From the NCBI RefSeq assembly GCF_009914755.1, contig NC_060943.1: 64,000 nucleotides of DNA. The stretch is one strand, 5' to 3'. Positions 49,701 to 61,700 of the stretch are shown here, piece by piece; the first letter of the stretch is position 1; each line of letters starts with the position of its first letter. A program made the translations under genes and the position numbers. Under the pieces are notes generated by a model. The model saw only the letters and a list, made by a program, of their open reading frames with translations, searched no databases and was not told the origin of the DNA. The DNA comes from the human T2T-CHM13v2.0 reference genome, Homo sapiens.

Positions 49701-52700
49701 AAGTAGATAGAGGCATTCTCAGAAACTTTTTTGTGATATGTAGATTCAACTCACAGCGTTGAACCTTTCTTTGGATGGAACAGTTTTGAAAAACTCTTTT
49801 ATCGAATCTGCAGGTAGACTTTCGGGGTGCTTTGAGAGCTGTGGTGCAAAAGGAAATGTCTTCCCATAGAAACTAGACTGAAGCATTCTCAGCAACTTCT
49901 TGGTGACGTTTGCATTCACCTCACAGTGTTGAACATACCTTTCCATAGAGTGGTTTTGAAACACTGTTTTTGTAGAATCGGCAAGTGGATATTTGGACTG
50001 CTTTGAGGCCTTCATCGGAAACGGGAATATCTTCACATAAACACTAGAGAGAAGCATTCTCAGAAACTTCTTTGTCATCTGTCCATTCAACTCATAGAGT
50101 TGAACCTTCCTTTTTATGGAGCAGTTTTGAAACACTCCTTTTGGAGAATCTGCAAGTGGATATTTGGAGCGCTTTGAGGCCAATGGTAGAAAAAGAAATA
50201 TCTGCCTCTAAAAACCAGACAGAAGCATTCCGAGAAAAGTTCTTTGTGATGTTTGCATTCAACTACCAGAGTTGAACCTTCCTTTTGATAGGGCAGTTTG
50301 GAAACACTCTTTTTGTAGAATCTGCATGTGGATATCTGGAGCGGTTTGAGGCCTACGGTCAAAAAGGAAATATCTTCCTGGGAAAAATAGACAAAAGCAT
50401 TCTCAGAAACTGCTTTGTGATATGCGCATTCGACTCACCGAGTTGAAACTTTTTTTTGATACAGCAGTTTTGAAACACTCTGTAGAATCTGAAAGTGGAT
50501 ATTTGGAGCTCTTTGAGGGCTATGGCGGAAAAGAAAATATATTCACATTAAAGTAGACAGCAGCATTCTCAGAAACTTCTTTAGGATGTTTGCAGTAAAC
50601 TCACAGAGTTGAACATACCTTTCCGTAGAGCAGTTTTGAAACACTCTGTTTGTGGGATCCGCAAGTGGATATTTGGACCGCTTTGAGACCTTTGCTGGAA
50701 ATGGGAATATCTCCACATATAAACTAGACAGAAGCATTCTCAGAAACTTCTTCGTGATGTGTGCATTCTACTCCCGAATTTGAATCTTCCTTTTCATGAA
50801 GCAGTTTTGAAACACACTGTTTGTGCAATCCACAATTGGATAATTGGAACGCTTTGATGCCCATGGTAGAAAAGGAAATATCCTCATATAAAAACTAGAC
50901 AGAAGGATTCACAGAAAATGCTTTGTGATGTGTGCATTCAAATCACGGAGTTGAATCTTTCTTTTGTCAGAGCAGTTTTGAAACACTGTTTCTGTGGAAT
51001 CTGCCAGCGGACACTTGGAGCGCTTTGAGGGCTATGGTGGAGAAGGAAATGTCTTCCCATAAAAACTAGAAAGAAGCATTCTCAGAAACATGTATGTGAA
51101 GCGTGCATTCAACTCACAGAGTTGAACCTTCCTTTTGATACAACAGTTTTGAAACACTCTTTTGAACAATTGCAGGTGAATCTTTGGAGCGCTTTGAAGC
51201 CTTTGTTGGAAATGGGAATATCTTCACACACAAACTAGTCAGAAGCATTCTCAGAAACTTCTTTGTGATGTGTGCGTTGTACCCAGAGAGATGAACCTTT
51301 CCTTCGATAGAGCAGTTTTGAAACGTGTTTTTGTAAGATCGGCAAGCGGATAATTGGCTTCGCTTTGTGTCCTTTGGTGGAAACGGGAATATCTTCTAAT
51401 AAAAACTAGACAGAAATATTCTCAGAATCTCCTTTGTGATGTGGGCATTCAACTAACACAGTTGAACATTTCTTTTCACAGAGCAGTTTTGAAACACTCT
51501 TTTGGTAGAATCTGCCAGTGGATATTTGGAGCGCTTGGAGGGCTATTGTGCCAATGGAAATATCTGCCCCTGAAAACTAGACAGAAGCATTCTCAGAAAC
51601 TACTTCATGATGTTTGCATTCAACACACAGAGTTGAACATACCTCTTCACAGAGCAGTTTTGAAAACCTCTTTCTGTAGAATCTGCAAGTGGATATTCGG
51701 ACCACTTTGAGGCCTTCATAGGAAACAGTAATATCTTCACATAAAAACTAGATAGAAGCATTCTCAGAAAGTTCTTTGTGATGTGTGAATCCAACTCACA
51801 GAGTTGAACCTTCCTTTAATAGAGCAGTGTTGAAACACTCCTTTTCTAGAATCTGCAAGTAGATATTTGGAGCGCTTTGAGGCCTTCGTTGGAAACCGGA
51901 ATATCTTCACAGGAAAAGTAGATAGAGGCATTCTCAGAAACTTTTTTGTGATATGTAGATTCAACTCACAGCGTTGAACCTTTCTTTGGATGGAGCAGTT
52001 TTGAAAAACTCTTTTATCGAATCTGCAGGTAGACATTCGGGGTGCTTTGAGGGCTGTGGTGCAAAAGGAAATGTCTTCCCATAGAAACTAGACTGAAGCA
52101 TTCTCAGCAACTTCTTGGTGACGTTTGCATTCATCTCACAGTGTTGAACATACCTTTCCATAGAGTGGTTTTGAAACACTGTTTTTGTAGAATCGGCAAG
52201 TGGATATTTGGACTGCTTTGAGGCCTTCATCGGAAACGGGAATATCTTCACATAAACACTAGAGAGAAGCATTCTCAGAAACTTCTTTGTCATCTGTCCA
52301 TTCAACTCACAGAGTTGAACCTTCCTTTTTATGGAGCAGTTTTGAAACACTCCTTTTGGAGAATCTGCAAGTGGATATTTGGAGCGCTTTGAGGCCTATG
52401 GTAGAAAAAGAAATATCTGCCTCTAAAAACCAGACAGAAGCATTCCGAGAAAAGTTCTTTGTGATGTTTGCATTCAACTAGCAGAGTTGAACCTTCCTTT
52501 TGATAGGGCAGTTTGGAAACACTCTTTTTGTAGAATCTGCATGTGGATATCTGGAGCGGTTTGAGGCCTACGTTCAAAAAGGAAATATCTTCCTGGGAAA
52601 AATAGACGAAAGCATTCTCAGAAAGGGCTTTGTGATATGCGCATTCGACTCACCGAGTTGAAACTTTTTTTTGATACAGCAGTTTTGTAACACTCTGTAG

Positions 52701-55700
52701 AATCTGAAAGTGGATATTTGGAGCTCTTTGAGGGCTATGGCGGAAAAGAAAATATATTCACATTAAAGTAGACAGCAGCATTCTCAGAAACTTCTTTAGG
52801 ATGTTTGCAGTAAACTCACAGAGTTGAACATACCTTTCCGTAGAGCAGTTTTGAAACACTCTGTTTGTGGGATCCGCAAGTGGATATTTGGACCGCTTTG
52901 AGACCTTTGCTGGAAATGGGAATATCTTCACATATAAACTAGACAGAAGCATTCTCAGAAACTTCTTCGTGATGTGTGCATTCTACTCCCGAATGTGAAT
53001 CTTCCTTTTCATGAAGCAGTTTTGAAACACTCTGTTTCTGCAATCCACAATTGGATAATTGGAACGCTTTGATGCCCATGGTAGAAAAGGAAATATCTTC
53101 ATATAAAAACTAGACAGAAGGATTCACAGAAAATGCTTTGTGATGTGTGCATTCAAATCACGGAGTTGAATCTTTCTTTTGTGAGAGCAGTTTTGAAACA
53201 CTGTTTCTGTGGAATCTGCCAGCGGACACTTGGAGCGCTTTGAGGGCTATGGTGGAGAAGGAAATATCTTCCCATAAAAACTAGAAAGAAGCATTCTCAG
53301 AAACATTTATGTGAAGCGTGCATTCAACTCACAGAGTTGAACCTTCCTTTTGATACAACAGTTTTGAAACACTCTTTTGAACAATTGCAGGTGAATCTTT
53401 GGAGCGCTTTGAAGCCTTTGTTGGAAATGGGAATATCTTCACACACAAACTAGCCAGAAGCATTCTCAGAAACTTCTTTGTGATGTGTGCGTTGAACCCA
53501 GAGAGATGAACCTTTCCTTCGATAGAGCAGTTTTGAAACGTGTTTTTGTAAGATCGGCAAGCGGATAATTGGCTTCGCTTTGTGTCCTTTGGTGGAAACG
53601 GGAATATCTTCTAATAAAAACTAGACAGAAATATTCTCAGAATCTCCTTTGTGATGTGGGCATTCAACAAACACAATTGAACATTTCTTTTCACAGAGCA
53701 GTTTTGAAACACAGTTTTGGTAGAATCTGCCAGTGGATATTTGGAGCGCTTGGAGGGCTATTGTGCCAATGGAAATATCTGCCCCTGAAAACTAGACAGA
53801 AGCATTCTCAGAAACTACTTCGTGATGTTTGCATTCAACACACAGAGTTGAACATACCTCTTCACAGAGCAGTTTTGAAAACCTCTTTCTGTAGAATCTG
53901 CAAGTGGATATTCGGACCACTTTGAGGCCTTCATAGGAAACAGTAATATCTTCACATAAAAACTAGATAGAAGCATTGTCAGAAAGTTCTTTGTGATGTG
54001 TGAATTCAACTCACAGAGTTGAACCTTCCTTTAATAGAGCAGTTTTGAAACACTCTTTTTCTAGAATCTGCAAGTAGATATTTCGAGCACTTTGAGGCCT
54101 TCGTTGGAAACCGGAATATCTTCACAGGAAAAGTAGATAGAGGCATTCTCAGAAACTTATTTGTGATATGTAGATTCAACTCACAGCGTTGAACCTTTCT
54201 TTGGATGGAGCAGTTTTGAAAAACTCTTTTATCGAATCTGCAGGTAGACATTCAGGGTGCTTTGAGGGCTGTGGTGCAAAAGGAAATGTCTTCCCATAGA
54301 AACTAGACTGAAGCATTCTCAGCAACTTCTTGGTGACGTTTGCATTCATCTCACAGTGTTGAACATACCTTTCCATAGAGTGGTTTTGAAACACTGTTTT
54401 TGTAGAATCGGCAAGTGGATATTTGGACTGCTTTGAGGCCTTCATCGGAAACGGGAATATCTTCACATAAACACTAGAGAGAAGCATTCTCAGAAACTTC
54501 TTTGTCATCTGTCCATTCAACTCACAGAGTTGAACCTTCCTTTTTATGGAGCAGTTTTGAAACACTCCTTTTGGAGAATCTGCAAGTGGATATTTGGAGC
54601 GCTTTGAGGCCTATGGTAGAAAAAGAAATATCTGCCTCTAAAAACCAGACAGAAGCATTCCGAGAAAAGTTCTTTGTGATGTTTGCATTCAACTAGCAGA
54701 GTTGAACCTTCCTTTTGATAGGGCAGTTTGGAAACACTCTTTTTGTAGAATCTTCATGTGGATATCTGGAGCGGTTTGAGGCCTACGGTCAAAAAGGAAA
54801 TATCTTCCTGGGAAAAATAGACGAAAGCATTCTCAGAAAGGGCTTTGTGATATGCGCATTCGACTCACCGAGTTGAAACTTTTTTTTGATACAGCAGTTT
54901 TGTAACACTCTGTAGAATCTGAAAGTGGATATTTGGAGCTCTTTGAGGGCTATGGCGGAAAAGAAAATATATTCACATTAAAGTAGACAGCAGCATTCTC
55001 AGAAACTTCTTTAGGATGTTTGTAGTAAACTCACAGAGTTGAACATACCTTTCCGTAGAGCAGTTTTGAAACACTCTGTTTGTGGGATCCGCAAGTGGAT
55101 ATTTGGACCGCTTTGAGACCTTTGCTGGAAATGGGAATATCTTCACATATAAACTAGACAGAAGCATTCTCAGAAACTTCTTCGTGATGTGTGCATTCTA
55201 CTCCCGAATGTGAATCTTCCTTTTCATGAAGCAGTTTTGAAACACTCTGTTTGTGCAATCCACAATTGTATAATTGGAACGCTTTGATGCCCATGGTAGA
55301 AAAGGAAATATCTTCATATAAAAACTAGACAGAAGGATTCACAGAAAATGCTTTGTGATGTGTGCATTCAAATCACGGAGTTGAATCTTTCTTTTGTGAG
55401 AGCAGTTTTGAAACACTGTTTCTGTGGAATCTGCCAGCGGACACTTGGAGCGCTTTGAGGGCTATGGTGGAGAAGGAAATATCTTCCCATAAAAACTAGA
55501 AAGAAGCATTCTCAGAAACATGTATGTGAAGCGTGCATTCAACTCACAGAGTTGAACCTTCCTTTTGATACAACAGTTTTGAAACACTCTTTTGAACAAT
55601 TGCAGGTGAATCTTTGGAGCGCTTTGAAGCCTTTGTTGGAAATGGGAATATCTTCACACACAAACTAGCCAGAAGCATTCTCAGAAACTTCTTTGTGATG

Positions 55701-58700
55701 TGTGCGTTGAACCCAGAGAGATGAACCTTTCCTTCGATAGAGCAGTTTTGAAACGTGTTTTTGTAAGATCGGCAAGCGGATAATTGGCTTCGCTTTGTGT
55801 CCTTTGGTGGAAACGGGAATATCTTCTAATAAAAACTAGACAGAAATATTCTCAGAATCTCCTTTGTGATGTGGGCATTCAACTAACACAATTGAACATT
55901 TCTTTTCACAGAGCAGTTTTGAAACACAGTTTTGGTAGAATCTGCCAGTGGATATTTGGAGCGCTTGGAGGGCTATTTTGCCAATGGAAATATCTGCCCC
56001 TGAAAACTAGACAGAAGCATTCTCAGAAACTACTTCGTGATGTTTGCATTCAACACACAGAGTTGAACATACCTCTTCACAGAGCAGTTTTGAAAACCTC
56101 TTTCTGTAGAATCTGCAAGTGGATATTCGGACCACTTTGAGGCCTTCATAGGAAACAGTAATATCTTCACATAAAAACTAGATAGAAGCATTGTCAGAAA
56201 GTTCTTTGTGATGTGTGAATTCAACTCACAGAGTTGAACCTTCCTTTAATAGAGCAGTTTTGAAACACTCTTTTTCTAGAATCTGCAAGTAGATATTTCG
56301 AGCACTTTGAGGCCTTCGTTGGAAACCGGAATATCTTCACAGGAAAAGTAGATAGAGGCATTCTCAGAAACTTTTTTGTGATATGTAGATTCAACTCACA
56401 GCGTTGAACCTTTCTTTGGATGGAGCAGTTTTGAAAAACTCTTTTATCGAATCTGCAGGTAGACATTCGGGGTGCTTTGAGGGCTGTGGTGCAAAAGGAA
56501 ATGTCTTCCCATAGAAACTAGACTGAAGCATTCTCAGCAACTTCTTGGTGACGTTTGCATTCATCTCACAGTGTTGAACATACCTTTCCATAGAGTGGTT
56601 TTGAAACACTGTTTTTGTAGAATCGGCAAGTGGATATTTGGACTGCTTTGAGGCCTTCATCGGAAACGGGAATATCTTCACATAAACACTAGAGAGAAGC
56701 ATTCTCAGAAACTTCTTTGTCATCTGTCCATTCAACTCACAGAGTTGAACCTTCCTTTTTATGGAGCAGTTTTGAAACACTCCTTTTGGAGAATCTGCAA
56801 GTGGATATTTGGAGCGCTTTGAGGCCTATGGTAGAAAAAGAAATATCTGCCTCTAAAAACCAGACAGAAGCATTCCGAGAAAAGTTCTTTGTGATGTTTG
56901 CATTCAACTAGCAGAGTTGAACCTTCCTTTTGATAGGGCAGTTTGGAAACACTCTTTTTGTAGAATCTTCATGTGGATATCTGGAGCGGTTTGAGGCCTA
57001 CGGTCAAAAAGGAAATATCTTCCTGGGAAAAATAGACGAAAGCATTCTCAGAAAGGGCTTTGTGATATGCGCATTCGACTCACCGAGTTGAAACTTTTTT
57101 TTGATACAGCAGTTTTGTAACACTCTGTAGAATCTGAAAGTGGATATTTGGAGCTCTTTGAGGGCTATGGCGGAAAAGAAAATATATTCACATTAAAGTA
57201 GACAGCAGCATTCTCAGAAACTTCTTTAGGATGTTTGTAGTAAACTCACAGAGTTGAACATACCTTTCCGTAGAGCAGTTTTGAAACACTCTGTTTGTGG
57301 GATCCGCAAGTGGATATTTGGACCGCTTTGAGACCTTTGCTGGAAATGGGAATATCTTCACATATAAACTAGACAGAAGCATTGTCAGAAACTTCTTCGT
57401 GATGTGTGCATTCTACTCCCGAATGTGAATCTTCCTTTTCATGAAGCAGTTTTGAAACACTCTGTTTGTGCAATCCACAATTGGATAATTGGAACGCTTT
57501 GATGCCCATGGTAGAAAAGGAAATATCTTCATATAAAAACTAGACAGAAGGATTCACAGAAAATGCTTTGTGATGTGTGCATTCAAATCACGGAGTTGAA
57601 TCTTTCTTTTGTGAGAGCAGTTTTGAAACACTGTTTCTGTGGAATCTGCCAGCGGACACTTGGAGCGCTTTGAGGGCTATGGTGGAGAAGGAAATATCTT
57701 CCCATAAAAACTAGAAAGAAGCATTCTCAGAAACATTTATGTGAAGCGTGCATTCAACTCACAGAGTTGAACCTTCCTTTTGATACAACAGTTTTGAAAC
57801 ACTCTTTTGAACAATTGCAGGTGAATCTTTGGAGCGCTTTGAAGCCTTTGTTGGAAATGGGAATATCTTCACACACAAACTAGCCAGAAGCATTCTCAGA
57901 AACTTCTTTGTAATGTGTGCGTTGAACCCAGAGAGATGAACCTTTCCTTCGATAGAGCAGTTTTGAAACGTGTTTTTGTAAGATCGGCAAGCGGATAATT
58001 GGCTTCGCTTTGTGTCCTTTGGTGGAAACGGGAATATCTTCTAATAAAAACTAGACAGAAATATTCTCAGAATCTCCTTTGTGATGTGGGCATTCAACTA
58101 ACACAATTGAACATTTCTTTTCACAGAGCAGTTTTGAAACACAGTTTTGGTAGAATCTGCCAGTGGATATTTGGAGCGCTTGGAGGGCTACTGTGCCAAT
58201 GGAAATATCTGCCCCTGAAAACTAGACAGAAGCATTCTCAGAAACTACTTCGTGATGTTTGCATTCAACACACAGAGTTGAACATACCTCTTCACAGAGC
58301 AGTTTTGAAAACCTCTTTCTGTAGAATCTGCAAGTGGATATTCGGACCACTTTGAGGCCTTCATAGGAAACAGTAATATCTTCACATAAAAACTAGATAG
58401 AAGCATTGTCAGAAAGTTCTTTGTGATGTGTGAATTCAACTCACAGAGTTGAACCTTCCTTTAATAGAGCAGTTTTGAAACACTCTTTTTCTAGAATCTG
58501 CAAGTAGATATTTCGAGCACTTTGAGGCCTTCGTTGGAAACCGGAATATCTTCACAGGAAAAGTAGATAGAGGCATTCTCAGAAACTTTTTTGTGATATG
58601 TAGATTCAACTCACAGCGTTGAACCTTTCTTTGGATGGAGCAGTTTTGAAAAACTCTTTTATCGAATCTGCAGGTAGACATTCGGGGTGCTTTGAGAGCT

Positions 58701-61700
58701 GTGGTGCAAAAGGAAATGTCTTCCCATAGAAACTAGACTGAAGCATTCTCAGCAACTTCTTGGTGACGTTTGCATTCACCTCACAGTGTTGAACATACCT
58801 TTCCATAGAGTGGTTTTGAAACACAGTTTTTGTAGAATCGGCAAGTGGATATTTGGACTGCTTTGAGGCCTTCATCGGAAACGGGAATATCTTCACATAA
58901 ACACTAGAGAGAAGCATTCTCAGAAACTTCTTTGTCATCTGTCCATTCAACTCACAGAGTTGAAACTTCCTTTTTATGGAGCAGTTTTGAAACACTCCTT
59001 TTGGAGAATCTGCAAGTGGATATTTGGAGCGCTTTGAGGCCTACGGTAGAAAAAGAAATATCTGCCTCTAAAAACCAGACAGAAGCATTCCGAGAAAAGT
59101 TCTTTGTGATGTTTGCATTCAACTAGCAGAGTTGAACCTTCCTTTTGATAGGGCAGTTTGGAAACACTCTTTTTGTAGAATCTGCAGGTGGATATCTGGA
59201 GCGGTTTGAGGCCTACAGTCAAAAAGGAAATATCTTCCTGGGAAAAATAGACGAAAGCATTCTCAGAAAGTGCTTTGTGATATGCGCATTCGACTCACCG
59301 AGTTGAAACTTTTTTTTGATACAGCAGTTTTGAAACACTCTGTAGAATCTGAAAGTGGATATTTGGAGCTCTTTGAGGGCTATGGCGGAAAAGAAAATAT
59401 ATTCACATTAAAGTAGACAGCAGCATTCTCAGAAACTTCTTTAGGATGTTTGCAGTAAACTCACAGAGTTGAACATACCTTTCCGTAGAGCAGTTTTGAA
59501 ACACTCTGTTTGTGGGATCCGCAAGTGGATATTTGGACCGCTTTGAGACCTTTGCTGGAAATGGGAATATCTTCACGTATAAACTAGACAGAAGCATTCT
59601 CAGAAACTTCTTCGTGATGTGTGCATTCTACTCCCGAATTTGAATCTTCCTTTTCATGAAGCAGTTTTGAAACACTCTGTTTGTGCAATCCACAATTGGA
59701 TAATTGGAACGCTTTGATGCCCATGGTAGAAAAGGAAATATCCTCATATAAAAACTAGACAGAAGGATTCACAGAAAATGCTTTGTGATGTGTGCATTCA
59801 AATCACGGAGTTGAATCTTTCTTTTGTGAGAGCAGTTTTGAAACACTGTTTCTGTGGAATCTGCCAGCGGACACTTGGTTCGCTTTGAGGGCTATGGTGG
59901 AGAAGGAAATATCTTCCCATAAAAACTAGAAAGAAGCATTCTCAGAAACATTTATGTGAAGCGTGCATTCAACTCACAGAGTTGAACCTTCCTTTTGATA
60001 CAACAGTTTTGAAACACTCTTTTGAACAATTGCAGGTGAATCTTTGGAGCGCTTTGAAGCCTTTGTTGGAAATGGGAATATCTTCACACACAAACTAGCC
60101 AGAAGCATTCTCAGAAACTTCTTTGTGATGTGTGCGTTGAACCCAGAGAGATGAACCTTTCCTTCGATAGAGCAGTTTTGAAACGTGTTTTTGTAAGTTC
60201 GGCAAGCGGATAAATGGCTTCGCTTTGTGTCCTTTGGTGGAAACGGGAATATCTTCTAATAAAAACTAGACAGAAATATTCTCAGAATCTCCTTTGTGAT
60301 GAGGGCATTCAACTAACACAGTTGAACATTTCTTTTCACAGAGCAGTTTTGAAACACTCTTTTGGTAGAATCTGCCAGTGGATATTTGGAGCGCTTGGAG
60401 GGCTATTGTGCCAATGGAAATATCTGCCCCTGAAAACTAGACAGAAGCATTCTCAGAAACTACTTCGTGATGTTTGCATTCAACACACAGAGTTGAACAT
60501 ACCTCTTCACAGAGCAGTTTTGAAAACCTCTTTCTGTAGAATCTGCAAGTGGATATTCGGACCACTTTGAGGCCTTCATAGGAAACAGAAATATCTTCAC
60601 ATAAAAACTAGATAGAAGCATTGACAGAAAGTTCTTTGTGATGTGTGAATTCAACTCACAGAGTTGAACCTTCCTTTAATAGAGCAGTTTTGAAACACTC
60701 TTTTTCTAGAATCTGCAAGTAGATATTTGGAGCGCTTTGAGGCCTTCGTTGGAAACCGGAATATCTTCACAGGAAAAGTAGATAGAGGCATTCTCAGAAA
60801 CTTTTTTGTGATATGTAGATTCAACTCACAGCGTTGAACCTTTCTTTGGATGGAGCAGTTTTGAAAAACTCTTTTATCGAATCTGCAGGTAGACTTTCGG
60901 GGTGCTTTGAGAGCTGTGGTGCAAAAGGAAATGTCTTCCCATAGAAACTAGACTGAAGCATTCTCAGCAACTTCTTGGTGACGTTTGCATTCACCTCACA
61001 GTGTTGAACATACCTTTCCATAGAGTGGTTTTGAAACACTGTTTTTGTAGAATCGGCAAGTGGATATTTGGACTGCTTTGAGGCCTTCATCGGAAACGGG
61101 AATATCTTCACATAAACACTAGAGAGAAGCATTCTCAGAAACTTCTTTGTCATCTGTCCATTCAACTCATAGAGTTGAACCTTCCTTTTTATGGAGCAGT
61201 TTTGAAACACTCCTTTTGGAGAATCTGCAAGTGGATATTTGGAGCGCTTTGAGGCCAATGGTAGAAAAAGAAATATCTGCCTCTAAAAACCAGACAGAAG
61301 CATTCCGAGAAAAGTTCTTTGTGATGTTTGCATTCAACTACCAGAGTTGAACCTTCCTTTTGATAGGGCAGTTTGGAAACACTCTTTTTGTAGAATCTGC
61401 ATGTGGATATCTGGAGCGGTTTGAGGCCTACGGTCAAAAAGGAAATATCTTCCTGGGAAAAATAGACAAAAGCATTCTCAGAAACTGCTTTGTGATATGC
61501 GCATTCGACTCACCGAGTTGAAACTTTTTTTTGATACAGCAGTTTTGAAACACTCTGTAGAATCTGAAAGTGGATATTTGGAGCTCTTTGAGGGCTATGG
61601 CGGAAAAGAAAATATATTCACATTAAAGTAGACAGCAGCATTCTCAGAAACTTCTTTAGGATGTTTGCAGTAAACTCACAGAGTTGAACATACCTTTCCG